Positions 10,539-20,321 of a DNA stretch of 64,000 nt are shown here, piece after piece. The first letter of the stretch is position 1; each line of letters begins with the position of its first letter. The notes beneath the pieces were generated by a model. It did not search any database. It was given only the letters and a program-made list of their open reading frames with translations, and had not been told where the DNA came from. The stretch is from an uncultured Planctomycetia bacterium (GTDB taxonomy: Bacteria; Omnitrophota; Gorgyraeia; Duberdicusellales; 4484-171), in NCBI GenBank assembly GCA_964629655.1, contig CAZVQU010000002.1, positions 460,878-524,877 of the forward strand. Reading direction: 5' to 3'. The translations under genes were made by a program, and so were the position numbers.

Positions 10539-11831
10539 TTAGGATAATTTAAACCTTTTGTAAATCTTATCTATGTTAGCTAAGTAGGTATAAGGATTGA
10601 AAATCGCTTCGACCTCTGCTTTCTTCAAAAACTTTTTTATTTCTCTGGAAGCTATAGCTTCATCTCTAAAATTTGAACCCTTATTTATAACTCCTAGAGC
10701 CACTTTTTGAACAATATCATAAGCTTTCATTCGCGATAGGCCCTTCTCCATAAGCTTGATAAGTATCTTCTGTGAATAAACAATACCGCGATTGAGTTCG
10801 ATATTCTTCAGCATATTTTTGGGCTTAACCTTTAGATTTTTAATTACTTGTCTAAACTTTTGCAGACTATAATCCACAGCAATTGTTGAATCAGGGATAA
10901 TAACTCTTTCAGCTGATGAATGAGATATGTCCCTCTCATGCCAGAGATTTATATTCTCTGAAGCAACCGTTACATTAGCCCGCAGAAGCCTGGCTAAACC
11001 GCAAAGTCTTTCACAAATGATAGGATTTTGCTTATGAGGCATAGCACTTGAACCTTTCTGTCCCTTATAAAAGGGCTCTTTTACTTCATCAACTTCACTA
11101 CGGTGCAAGTGCCTAAGCTCAGTAGCAAAACGTTCTATGGTGGAACCGATTAAAGAAAGAATAAATAAATAATAAGCAATTCTCTCCCGTGAGACTATCT
11201 GTGTAGAAATATTAGCTCTATTTATACCGATTTTCTTACAGATATAATCTTCAACCTTGGGTTGAAAGTAAGCAAATGTTCCTACTGCGCCTGAGACCTT
11301 ACCGCAGGCAACGTAATTTAAGCTTTCAGTTAGAATCTTACGCTCTTGGTTTAAATCATTGTAAAGATATAAAAATTTAAGACCAAAACTATAGATTTCA
11401 GCATGGACACCGTGAGTCCGGGCCATACAAATGGTATCTTTATACTTGGCCGCCTTCTTCTTAACCTCGCTTAAAACTAAATCAAGATCCCTTAAGATAA
11501 TCTTGGTAGCATCTTTTATCTGCCAAGCTAAAGTTGTATCGAGAAGGTCAGACGAGGTCAAACCTATGTGCAAATACTGGGCTTTATCTTTAAGCTGGCC
11601 GGAGATATGTTTAAGGAAAGCAATGATATCATGGTGGGTCTTCTCTTCAATCTTTCTTATTTTCTGAGGGGAAATCTTTACATTATCAAAGGCCTTGCTT
11701 ACGCCTCGGGGTATTTTCTTTGCCTTTTCTAGAGCTTCACAGAGTAAAGCTTCAATTTTTAGGAAGCGTTTGAACTTCTCGTCATCACTCCAGATCTTAC
11801 CGATTTCACTAGGTGTATACCGCTCTACCAT
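10539..11831 (-). CDS. purB: Adenylosuccinate lyase
   Basis: 430 aa fumarase/lyase fold with the PurB signature (…GSSAMPHKQNP…). Confidence 0.9.
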   Translation of the reverse strand: MVERYTPSEIGKIWSDDEKFKRFLKIEALLCEALEKAKKIPRGVSKAFDNVKISPQKIRKIEEKTHHDIIAFLKHISGQLKDKAQYLHIGLTSSDLLDTTLAWQIKDATKIILRDLDLVLSEVKKKAAKYKDTICMARTHGVHAEIYSFGLKFLYLYNDLNQERKILTESLNYVACGKVSGAVGTFAYFQPKVEDYICKKIGINRANISTQIVSRERIAYYLFILSLIGSTIERFATELRHLHRSEVDEVKEPFYKGQKGSSAMPHKQNPIICERLCGLARLLRANVTVASENINLWHERDISHSSAERVIIPDSTIAVDYSLQKFRQVIKNLKVKPKNMLKNIELNRGIVYSQKILIKLMEKGLSRMKAYDIVQKVALGVINKGSNFRDEAIASREIKKFLKKAEVEAIFNPYTYLANIDKIYKRFKLS

Positions 11832-11889
11832 AGGCCTCCTTGTTTAACTCCTTTTACCTCTCACAAATACCCTATCGCTAAGAGCATAC

Positions 11890-11918
11890 ATATTATCAAA
11901 ACATCACCAGAGAGTCAA
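11890..11918 (-). promoter_or_regulatory. Putative sigma70-type promoter for purB and the pur cluster (TTGACT-17-TAATAT on the minus strand)
   Basis: -35 TTGACT is the reverse complement of 11913-11918. -10 TAATAT is the reverse complement of 11890-11895. The 17-nt spacer sits about 55 nt upstream of the purB ATG. Confidence 0.35.
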
Positions 11919-11928
11919 TTGAAATAGG

Positions 11929-12744
11929 CTATTTTTTCTTGATTTTCGAAAAACTCTCAAGCCTGGTTGGAAATTTGCCCTTTTTTACATCCTGGATAAA
12001 AAGGCTGGTAGCTTTGGCGATATCTCGGGAAAGATCTTTATAAACCCTTACGAATTTAGGCTTTCTTTCCTTATAAAGGCCGAGAAAATCATAGGTAACC
12101 AAGACCTGGCCATCGCAGTATTTTCCTGCACCAATACCAATGGTCGGAATTTTTAAACTCTTGGTAATACGCTTAGCCAATAAGTAAGGAATACACTCTA
12201 AAACTAGGCTGAATACCCCTAAATCTTGGAGCAGTTTAGCCTGCTTGATTAGATTAAGTGCTCCCTGCTCATCCTTGCCCTGGACCTTATAGCCACCTAA
12301 AAGATGCGCGGTTTGAGGGGTGAGACCAATGTGCCCCATAACCGGTATCTTATTCTTAATTAGCTTGCTAACCACATATTGGCAATCTTTGAACCACTCC
12401 ACCTTTACTGCCCGAGCACCACGGCTTATAAATTTAGAAGCAGAGTCAACGCACTTTTTAGGATTTCTTTGATAAGCTGTATAAGGCATATCAGCTACCA
12501 CTAATGCCCTCTTGCTACCTCTGGCTACAGCCTGAGTATGATTAAGCATCTCACTTAGAGCCAGCTTGCGGGTCTCTTTGAGTCCTAAAACTACATTAGC
12601 TAAAGAATCCCCGACCAAAATTATATCAATACCGGAATCATCTAAAATCCTGGCAAAGGAATAATCATAACAGGTAAGCATGGTTACCTTAACTCTGCCT
12701 TTTCTTTTTCTAATATCTTCTACACTTACCTTTCTCATTTTCAT
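11929..12744 (-). CDS. panB: 3-methyl-2-oxobutanoate hydroxymethyltransferase (ketopantoate hydroxymethyltransferase)
   Basis: PanB signature (VTMLTCYDYSFARILDDSGIDIILVGDSLANVVLG). The longest ORF runs to 12777 and overlaps apbE by 32 nt. The internal Met at 12744 is the more likely start, so the start is uncertain. Confidence 0.8.
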   Translation of the reverse strand: MKMRKVSVEDIRKRKGRVKVTMLTCYDYSFARILDDSGIDIILVGDSLANVVLGLKETRKLALSEMLNHTQAVARGSKRALVVADMPYTAYQRNPKKCVDSASKFISRGARAVKVEWFKDCQYVVSKLIKNKIPVMGHIGLTPQTAHLLGGYKVQGKDEQGALNLIKQAKLLQDLGVFSLVLECIPYLLAKRITKSLKIPTIGIGAGKYCDGQVLVTYDFLGLYKERKPKFVRVYKDLSRDIAKATSLFIQDVKKGKFPTRLESFSKIKKK

Positions 12745-12745
12745 T

Positions 12746-13723
12746 TTATTTAAAAATATGTATTTTTTTATCTCCACCGATAGAACGAACTAAAAACACT
12801 TTTATTATCGAAGGATTCTTGGAGAGAAATTTCTTTACTCCCTCTAAACCAAGAATCGAAAAAGTAGTAGCCAGACCATCAGCAGTAGTGCAATTTTTGC
12901 TGATTACGCTCACGCTAATAAGGTCATTCTCTACCGGATATCCGCTACGGGGATCAACTAAATGTGAATACTTCTTGCCGTTAAAAGTAAAAAACTGCTC
13001 GTATCCTCCTGAAGTAGCAATCGCCTGATTAATTAACGGTTCTACTCCTAACATTTCTGCCGGAATCTTAGGGTCTTGCAGGCCTACCTCCCAAGGACTT
13101 CCGGAATTCGTGCCTAAACAATAAATATCTCCACCAGCATTAATCAAAGCATTGCTTATACCTTTTTTCTTCAGCTGCGAAATCGCCTTATCTACCATAT
13201 ACCCCTTGGCAATCCCGCTTAAATCAATAGTTAATCCCTTTTTTCTTATTATTACTATTCCCTTCTTAGAATCTACTTCTATTGCCCTGATTCCTCCAGC
13301 TTGCTTTATCTTAGCTATAGCTTCAGGATCAGGAAATTTATTTACCTTACCCCCTCTGATTAACTCCTTCCAGAATTTATAGAGAGAGCCGTAGGTTACA
13401 TCAAAAACTCCTTGGCTTAAATCATAGATATCCTCGCTAAGCTCTAATAGTTCTATTAACTCACCCGAGGCTTTAAACGGCTTATTGAAAGTTCTGTTTA
13501 GGTGAGAAAGCTCGGACCCCTTATCGTATATATTAAAGATCTTATCTAGACGCCTGAATTCTTTATAGACGATCTTTGCCGCTCTTTTATCAGGCGAACT
13601 CACCTCCAAATAAGTACCTGAGATTATAAATTTCCTCTTGGATAAAGGTCGAGTACAACCTATACCGATAAGAATAGAGGCAAAAACTAATACCACAATT
13701 AAACTTGCTACTTTCTTACTCAT
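12746..13723 (-). CDS. apbE: ApbE-family FAD:protein FMN transferase, lipoprotein
   Basis: 325 aa with signal peptide and lipobox (IGIGC), plus the ApbE motif (…SHLVDPRSGYPV…). Confidence 0.7.
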   Translation of the reverse strand: MSKKVASLIVVLVFASILIGIGCTRPLSKRKFIISGTYLEVSSPDKRAAKIVYKEFRRLDKIFNIYDKGSELSHLNRTFNKPFKASGELIELLELSEDIYDLSQGVFDVTYGSLYKFWKELIRGGKVNKFPDPEAIAKIKQAGGIRAIEVDSKKGIVIIRKKGLTIDLSGIAKGYMVDKAISQLKKKGISNALINAGGDIYCLGTNSGSPWEVGLQDPKIPAEMLGVEPLINQAIATSGGYEQFFTFNGKKYSHLVDPRSGYPVENDLISVSVISKNCTTADGLATTFSILGLEGVKKFLSKNPSIIKVFLVRSIGGDKKIHIFK

Positions 13724-13739
13724 TGCTTTTTGACCTTTT

Positions 13740-14171
13740 TTATCGATTTTTTTTATAAGAAGCGGTGGCTTTGTTTTTTACTCCGCCTCGAGAAGTAAAT
13801 TCTCCAACCACCGAAATCTGGTAAGGTTTTAATACCTTTTTTAAATCTTGGAGAATTCTGTTTACGACGTGTTCGTTGTAAATCTTCACATTTCGAAATG
13901 AATAAAGGTAATACTTCAAAGATTTAAGCTCGATGAGCTTGCGATTAGGAGTATATTTTATAGTAAGATTAGCAAAATCAGGAAGACCGGAAAAAGGACA
14001 CAAGCAAGTAAACTCATCGGTAGTCAACTCGGTTGTAATCTTACTTTTAGGATATTGGTAGGCAATAGTCTGCAAAACCGAGGGGTCTAAATCCTTTGGC
14101 CAAGAAATCTTGGCCGTAATTTTCTTTGCTTTCTTCTCTATTGAAGAGGTTTTTCTGTCTTCATAAATCAT
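13740..14171 (-). CDS. queF: NADPH-dependent 7-cyano-7-deazaguanine (preQ0) reductase
   Basis: 143 aa type-I QueF (…CLCPFSGLPDFANLTIKYTP…). Confidence 0.85.
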   Translation of the reverse strand: MIYEDRKTSSIEKKAKKITAKISWPKDLDPSVLQTIAYQYPKSKITTELTTDEFTCLCPFSGLPDFANLTIKYTPNRKLIELKSLKYYLYSFRNVKIYNEHVVNRILQDLKKVLKPYQISVVGEFTSRGGVKNKATASYKKNR

Positions 14172-14207
14172 GGAAATATTATATCAAATTTACCAATAAT
14201 CCTACAA

Positions 14208-14966
14208 TTAATATTGAGAAACTAGCTGGGCAGAAGCCGGAAAAAAATCAGAATTAATTAAATCATTAAAATCAAAGTGGTAAGCGAGAAACCTTCCTAA
14301 GATATAAAAAATTTCCTCCTCGCAAGCTCTAGTGACTTTAAGCCGACTGATAAGAGAAAAATCACTCTTCTGGATATAAAGTAAAGAGCGGCAGGCTTGC
14401 TTGGTAATTCGCTTAGCATCGGCTATACTGGGCCGGCAAACTTTACAAATAAGCCCTCCTTTAGCTACGCTAAAAGAAAACTCATCATCAAGGGTCCGCT
14501 GACACTTTAGGCAATGGTTAAACTCCGGCTTAAATCCGGCCAGACTTAAAAACTTTATTAAAAATACATAGAGTATCTTAAAAGCCTGTTCCTGGCTTAA
14601 AGAATCTAAGCAATCTTTGGTCAGATTAAAAATTTGGATATTTTGATCCCATAAAGGCATTGTCTTATCTAGAAGATTAAACAGGAGTGCACCTGCTTTA
14701 GCCTTTGATAAGTCTTTGCTTAGGCAAGAAAAGTCTGAGACTAAGTCGGCCTGGGAAATAAGCCAGATTTCACTCTTTTTAGGGTAAAAAATAAACTCAT
14801 TAAGAGTAAATATATCTAAAGAAGACGAAAACTCCTTCTTGGAACTATAAAAACCCTTGAAGATACCCCTTATCTTACCAAAACGAGAGGTATAAAGAGT
14901 AGTAATGAGACTTGTTTCCCGAAAATTATATCGCTTTAAAACAAACCCTACATCTTTTTCAATCAT
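14208..14966 (-). CDS. recO: DNA repair protein RecO
   Basis: 252 aa with an N-terminal OB domain and a C-terminal Cys4 zinc motif (CLKCQ…CKVC). Confidence 0.7.
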   Translation of the reverse strand: MIEKDVGFVLKRYNFRETSLITTLYTSRFGKIRGIFKGFYSSKKEFSSSLDIFTLNEFIFYPKKSEIWLISQADLVSDFSCLSKDLSKAKAGALLFNLLDKTMPLWDQNIQIFNLTKDCLDSLSQEQAFKILYVFLIKFLSLAGFKPEFNHCLKCQRTLDDEFSFSVAKGGLICKVCRPSIADAKRITKQACRSLLYIQKSDFSLISRLKVTRACEEEIFYILGRFLAYHFDFNDLINSDFFPASAQLVSQY

Positions 14967-15405
14967 CGAAATAACTTACCCTTTTAGAGATATTGTTTAA
15001 AATCCTCTCCTGCTCTTTCTCCATGTCCGCTTTCTTGAGCCTAGTGCGATCGTCATATCCTACTAAATGCAAAATACCATGGATTAGGTAGAGCCTCAAC
15101 TCATCTTGCCACTTACAGCCTAATTTTTTAGCTACCCTCACAGCCTCTTCCACTGAAACTACCACTTCGCCTAAATAATCAGGTTCTAGCTTGTCAGCTA
15201 AGGGGAAGGCTATGACATCAGTAACTGCAGACTTTTTGAAGTATTTTTTGTTCAGTTTCTTTATCAGGGCGTTATCGCATAAAAGAATTGATAGTTCTTT
15301 AGAGTGGATATTGAGAAAGACGAGTATCTTCTTTAAGTATTTATGTAGTTGCTTAAGGTTTACTCTCTTTATTTTTTGCTGATTTGTTAGCTCTATTATT
15401 ATCAT
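14959..15405 (-). CDS. ybeY: rRNA maturation endoribonuclease YbeY
   Basis: 148 aa with the H-x-x-x-H metal motif (HGILHLVGYDD). Confidence 0.85.
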   Translation of the reverse strand: MIIIELTNQQKIKRVNLKQLHKYLKKILVFLNIHSKELSILLCDNALIKKLNKKYFKKSAVTDVIAFPLADKLEPDYLGEVVVSVEEAVRVAKKLGCKWQDELRLYLIHGILHLVGYDDRTRLKKADMEKEQERILNNISKRVSYFDD

Positions 15406-16747
15406 CCTTAGGGTAATTTACGCGGGTATGAAAAATGGCATTTAAAATACGGATAAAACTTTGTGTGATTTTCTCCAGCTCCTTTAAGGTGAGGTTACTT
15501 TCGTCTAACTCCCCTTCCATAAATCTCTTCTTAGCTACCTCACGAACCATCTCCTCTATCCTTGAAGGGTTAGGCTCCTCAAGAGTCCTTGATAAAGCCT
15601 CAATAGTATCAGCTAAAGCCACAATGGCTATCTCTTTAATCTGAGGCTTAGGCCCGGGGTAACGATATTCTTCTTCGTGTTTACCTTCGGGCTCCAATTC
15701 TTTCGCTCGTTGATAGAAGTAATAGACCAGGGTCCGACCATGGTGCTGAGATATGAAATCAATTATCTTAGGATTAAGGTGGTGCTTAGATGCCACATCT
15801 ACCCCATCCTTTACATGGTTAAAGATGATTAACCTGCTCATTGATGGTTTTAAATTCTTATGCACGTCTCTATAGTTTACTAAATTCTCGACAAAGTAAT
15901 CAGGCTTGATCATCTTACCGATGTCATGATAATAAGCACCTACCCGAGCTAGAAGAGAGTTAGCGCCAATTGACTCTGCGGCTGCCTCACTTAAATTAGC
16001 CACCACCAATGAATGTTGGTAGGTCCCGGGAGCTTCAAGAATTAACTGACGTAATAAAGGATGGTTAAAGTCAGATAACTCAAGGAGTGAAATATTGGTA
16101 ACGACCTTAAATACATACTCAAAAACCGGTAAGACTCCTAATACGATAAAAGAAGATATAACTCCATTCAAAAGGCAGAGTTTCAATAGATTGAAATCTA
16201 GGCCCGAGAGGACAAAGAAACTTTGCTCCCTCTCCATAAGAAAAGCCACAATGAATTGTATCAGCCCGGCAAAAAAACCAGCCTGGATTACCTGGAATCT
16301 CCTCCTAACTCGATAGGCCAACATCCCGGCAATTAAGGAACCGGCGAAAAGGCTGACCCCTACGTTAAAGTTACCGCCATCTATACTCGCGCTTAGAAAT
16401 GAAATGAAGCAAGCAAAAAGAAAAGAAAACTCTAAGTTGTTAAACAAAAGGGTGATCAGCATCACAAAGCCAATAGCAGCGATTCCATATCCGGATATTT
16501 TGAAAGTAACTGTAGTTAGAAGAGGTACCAGGATTGCTATTGCCCCTAAGATCGAGAGGTCTACGTAGGAAGGCATGTTATCTAATCTTCTGACAAACTT
16601 AGCATAAATAAAGAGAATCAAAGCTATAATCAGAAGAGAGAGATCTATAGCGTAGATGATGAAAATAAAACCTATGATAGCAAAAAATACCAAACCGATA
16701 AATAAATTGCTAGGGCTAACTCCTTTTCCGGCTATAGAAATTTTCAT
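15353..16747 (-). CDS. 7TM-receptor-with-intracellular-HD-hydrolase protein (PgpH/YqfF-like)
   Basis: 464 aa. Multiple N-terminal TM helices and a C-terminal HD/HDIG domain (…YYHDIGK…). It lies immediately upstream of ybeY, as yqfF does in Bacillus. Confidence 0.7.
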   Translation of the reverse strand: MKISIAGKGVSPSNLFIGLVFFAIIGFIFIIYAIDLSLLIIALILFIYAKFVRRLDNMPSYVDLSILGAIAILVPLLTTVTFKISGYGIAAIGFVMLITLLFNNLEFSFLFACFISFLSASIDGGNFNVGVSLFAGSLIAGMLAYRVRRRFQVIQAGFFAGLIQFIVAFLMEREQSFFVLSGLDFNLLKLCLLNGVISSFIVLGVLPVFEYVFKVVTNISLLELSDFNHPLLRQLILEAPGTYQHSLVVANLSEAAAESIGANSLLARVGAYYHDIGKMIKPDYFVENLVNYRDVHKNLKPSMSRLIIFNHVKDGVDVASKHHLNPKIIDFISQHHGRTLVYYFYQRAKELEPEGKHEEEYRYPGPKPQIKEIAIVALADTIEALSRTLEEPNPSRIEEMVREVAKKRFMEGELDESNLTLKELEKITQSFIRILNAIFHTRVNYPKDDNNRANKSAKNKESKP

Positions 16748-16771
16748 AAGCTTGGATTATTCTTCCTTATA

Positions 16772-17278
16772 TTAATCTAAAGGAAGGATTTTTATTGTAA
16801 CACCTGGATACAGCCTGTCAGGACTCTTCAATACATCTCTGTTGGCCGCGTAAATAAAACCCCACCTTCTTGTTGTTCCGTAAAACTTATAGGAAATCTT
16901 CTGCAAGGTATCCTTCTTCTGGACTACATAGTATTGAGTTTCCATTTTCTCAATCTCTGCTGGCTCTTCTTCTAGAGCTACCTCAACAACTTCTATTTCC
17001 TCAAGCTCAGCCTTTGCCTCTACTGCTTCTTCCTTAACTATCCTTTCCCACACTTTGCCTTCTTTAATCTCGCCGGGACCGAACTCTACCTCAACCACCG
17101 ATACTGTACGGGTATCTCCCAATCTATTCTCTCTAACCTCCTGTTCACACTCTCCGGATAAACAGCCTTGGTTTCCTTCAATTTCAAGGTCTTTGCGAGG
17201 TTCTTGCCTAGTATAAGTTCTCGTTGTTAAACAACCGCTTAAAATAATAACGCCGATTAAAAACCATAACTTCCTCAT
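16772..17278 (-). CDS. LysM-domain lipoprotein
   Basis: 168 aa with signal peptide and lipobox (LSGC), an acidic linker and a C-terminal LysM (YVVQKKDTLQKISYKFYG…). Confidence 0.6.
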   Translation of the reverse strand: MRKLWFLIGVIILSGCLTTRTYTRQEPRKDLEIEGNQGCLSGECEQEVRENRLGDTRTVSVVEVEFGPGEIKEGKVWERIVKEEAVEAKAELEEIEVVEVALEEEPAEIEKMETQYYVVQKKDTLQKISYKFYGTTRRWGFIYAANRDVLKSPDRLYPGVTIKILPLD

Positions 17279-17301
17279 CGCTACCCCCTCTTTTTTCTCC
17301 C

Positions 17302-18687
17302 TTACTCTTCTTCCTCTATTAATTTCAAATATAAGTCTTTTAGCTGGCTCTCCTTAATACAAGAAGGTGCATCGCTAAGAAGACAGCTCCCTTTCTGAGT
17401 TTTAGGAAAAGCAATTACATCCCGGATGCTCTCAGAACCACTTATTATAGCATATATCCTATCAAGACCAAACGCAATCCCGCCATGAGGCGGAACGCCA
17501 TACTTGAATGAACGCAGGAGAAATCCAAACTTCCTCTCAGCCTCTTCCTTGGATATACCCAGGATCTTAAAGATCTCCTCCTGCAAGAGAGCAGAGTGAA
17601 TCCTTATCGAACCACTAGCAATCTCTGCCCCATTTAAAACTAGATCGTAAGAACGGGCTTTTATCTTGGATAAATCCCCCTTTTCTAAATTAGGAATATC
17701 CTCTTCTCGGGGAGATGTAAACGGGTGATGGCAAGATTGCCACCGTTTATCATCCTTATTATATTCAAACAAAGGAAAATCAGTTACCCAGAGAAAACGA
17801 TAATCTCCCTGGCCAACATCGGGCTTATCTGTTTTATACTTGCTTATAGCCTCTTTATGACTTAGGCGCAGAAAAGGTGTTTTTAGTTTTACTCCTAAGC
17901 ATTTAGAAAAAACTTCTGCCATCATATTCTCGACTAAAGAATAAATATCTTCTTCCCCGAGAAAAGATAACTCCATATCCAACTGGGTAAATTCTGGTTG
18001 CCGGTCGCGTCGCAAATCCTCATCACGAAAACAACGTACAATCTGGTAGTATTTATCTATACCACTAACCATTAGAATCTGCTTAAAAAGCTGCGGTGAT
18101 TGGGGCAGGGCATAAAACTTATTCGGCTGTAGCCTTGAAGGAACCAGATAATCCCGGGCTCCTTCGGGTGTAGACTTAGTAAGAAAAGGAGTCTCTATCT
18201 CTAAAAACTCTTGCGAGTTAAGGAAATCTCTAAAACCCTGGTTTAACTTATGGCGTAAGATTAATTTCTGATAAACCGGAGCTCTTCTTAAATCAAGATA
18301 GCGATGGGTTAAACGGATTTCTTCGCCAACCTCTATATCATCCTCAACGTTAAATGGCAAGTCTTGGGCCGGGCTCAAAATATCTAATTCTTGGGCCTCA
18401 ATTTCGATAAGGCCTGTGGAAAGCTTAGGGTTTTCAGTCTTCTTCGGCCGGCGGTTAACTACACCTTTAATCTTTACTACGTCTTCATTTCTTAACTTTT
18501 TTGCCAACTCGTAAGTAGCTGCATTTGGCTTAGGCAAGAAAATTATCTGGGTAAGCCCGTATCTATCTCTTAAATCAATGAAAATAAGTTTACCGTGATC
18601 GCGGCGTGAATCTACCCAACCACACAAAGTTACTTCTTCGCCTATCCTTTCCTCTGTCAACTCACCACAAGTATGTGTTCTTAACAT
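17302..18687 (-). CDS. aspS: Aspartyl-tRNA synthetase, compact bacterial type lacking the GAD insertion domain
   Basis: 461 aa. N-terminal anticodon-binding OB domain, class II motif 2 (FRDEDLRRDRQPEFTQLDMELSF) and motif 3 (GLDRI). The ~130-aa GAD insertion between KPD and WVTDFP is absent. Confidence 0.85.
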   Translation of the reverse strand: MLRTHTCGELTEERIGEEVTLCGWVDSRRDHGKLIFIDLRDRYGLTQIIFLPKPNAATYELAKKLRNEDVVKIKGVVNRRPKKTENPKLSTGLIEIEAQELDILSPAQDLPFNVEDDIEVGEEIRLTHRYLDLRRAPVYQKLILRHKLNQGFRDFLNSQEFLEIETPFLTKSTPEGARDYLVPSRLQPNKFYALPQSPQLFKQILMVSGIDKYYQIVRCFRDEDLRRDRQPEFTQLDMELSFLGEEDIYSLVENMMAEVFSKCLGVKLKTPFLRLSHKEAISKYKTDKPDVGQGDYRFLWVTDFPLFEYNKDDKRWQSCHHPFTSPREEDIPNLEKGDLSKIKARSYDLVLNGAEIASGSIRIHSALLQEEIFKILGISKEEAERKFGFLLRSFKYGVPPHGGIAFGLDRIYAIISGSESIRDVIAFPKTQKGSCLLSDAPSCIKESQLKDLYLKLIEEEE

Positions 18688-18700
18688 TAGTCACTGCTCC

Positions 18701-19951
18701 TTAAACTTTAATTAGTTTTTTTACCTCTAAAACCAGATCCTCTCTCTTTATCTTCTCCTGAGTAGAATTATCCATATCTTTAATGAGCAATGCATTCTCC
18801 CTTACTTCATCCTCACCTAAGATCACTACCACCCGCGAACCTTTTTTCTGGGCAGAACGCATCTGACCTTTTAAAGACTTAGCACAATAATCAAGGTCAC
18901 AAGATAACCCCTCGGCCCTTAGCTGGTTCAAAATAGCAACTCCCAAAGTAAGAAGCTCTTGATTAGTTACGGCTATGAAAACATCTAATTTTTCTTCTTT
19001 TCTCCCTTCTCCCAAGCTAAGAAGTATTCTTTCTAGACCCAAAGCAAAACCTATAGCCGGGATATCCGGACCGCCAAGACATTTAATCAAATTATTATAC
19101 CTGCCGCCGGCACCAATTGCATCTTGGGAACCTAATTTTTCTGAAACAATCTCAAAAACAGTATTAGTATAGTAATCAAGGCCTCTAACCATATATGGAG
19201 AATAAGTATACTTAATGCCTAAATCACCAAGTAATGCAAGCAAACTTTTGAATTTACTCTGGCAAGCACTGCAAATATGCTCTTTTTCTAGGTTTGAGGC
19301 AATGACTTGTTTCCAGCATTGTTCTTTCTTGCAATCTAAAACTCTTAAAGGATTCTTCTCTAATCTCTTCTGACAATCATCACAGAGCTTATTCTTTCTG
19401 GAAGCTAAGTTTTCCTTAAGGTATTGAGAAAACTTTACCTTATCCTCGAGGCAACCAAGAGTATTTATCTTAAGCTCTTTCCTGCCAATACCAACCTTAT
19501 CTAAAATCTCTAGAGCCAGAGCAATCATCTCAGCATCAAGATGAAAACTATCTGAACCTATAGCTTCAGCTCCCAGATGATGAAATTGACGCAACCTCCC
19601 CTTCTGAGGCCTCTCTCCTCGAAACATCGCTCCGCTATAAAAAAACTTATGAAAATCACTACTCTTATAAAGTGAATTTTGAAGGTAATACCTTATTACC
19701 TGAGCTGTTCCTTCAGGGCGAAGTACTATATCCTTGCCTTCAATTTTAAACATCTGCCGCTCTACGATATCAGTGGCTTCGCCTACACCTTCGATAAATA
19801 AATCCTTCTCCTCCAAAATAGGCAGGATGATCTCTTTATAGTTAAAAACTTTGAAAATACCTTTTGCCTTCTCGGTTATTTCTCCAAAGGCTAAGCTACT
19901 ACAAGGATCAAGGTCAGACATTCCACGAATACTAGAGTAAATCTTTTTCAC
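18701..19951 (-). CDS. hisS: Histidyl-tRNA synthetase
   Basis: 416 aa class II aaRS with a HisRS-type anticodon-binding domain. Confidence 0.9.
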   Translation of the reverse strand: MKKIYSSIRGMSDLDPCSSLAFGEITEKAKGIFKVFNYKEIILPILEEKDLFIEGVGEATDIVERQMFKIEGKDIVLRPEGTAQVIRYYLQNSLYKSSDFHKFFYSGAMFRGERPQKGRLRQFHHLGAEAIGSDSFHLDAEMIALALEILDKVGIGRKELKINTLGCLEDKVKFSQYLKENLASRKNKLCDDCQKRLEKNPLRVLDCKKEQCWKQVIASNLEKEHICSACQSKFKSLLALLGDLGIKYTYSPYMVRGLDYYTNTVFEIVSEKLGSQDAIGAGGRYNNLIKCLGGPDIPAIGFALGLERILLSLGEGRKEEKLDVFIAVTNQELLTLGVAILNQLRAEGLSCDLDYCAKSLKGQMRSAQKKGSRVVVILGEDEVRENALLIKDMDNSTQEKIKREDLVLEVKKLIKV

Positions 19952-20025
19952 TCTACATTTCCTCCTGTTAATTTTAGGCGAGTTAGCTTTAAGGGGAAGA
20001 TGGGGTTCATCCTAAACAGCTGAGG

Positions 20026-20298
20026 CTATTTTATGTTCTTCTTCATCTCCAGGCCAGGCTTAAAAACAACGGTACGTCTCTCAGGAACAGGCACGACTTC
20101 GCCAGTTTTGGGATTTCTGCCAATTCTTTTTTTTCTCTTTTTAACCTGAAATACCCCAAAATTCCTAAGTTCGATTCTTTTGCCAGCCTTTAAAGACTCG
20201 TATATAGCATCAAATGTCCGTTGTACAACCTCTTTAACCACGACCTGCTTTATCTGGGTGTCCTGGCTAATTTTTAGAACTATATCTCTCTTTCTCAT
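20026..20298 (-). CDS. hup: DNA-binding protein HU/IHF family
   Basis: 90 aa with the conserved arm (GRNPKTGEVVPVPERRTVVFKPG). Confidence 0.85.
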   Translation of the reverse strand: MRKRDIVLKISQDTQIKQVVVKEVVQRTFDAIYESLKAGKRIELRNFGVFQVKKRKKRIGRNPKTGEVVPVPERRTVVFKPGLEMKKNIK

Positions 20299-20321
20299 AT
20301 TTTAAGTCTATCACCGCCAAA

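Noticed and set aside
11832-11928. Purine riboswitch upstream of purB, and T-box leaders upstream of hisS, aspS, proS and trpS
   Set aside because: Leaders are too short (~55-90 nt, or overlapping genes) and lack the conserved riboswitch and T-box sequence cores, so there is no support.
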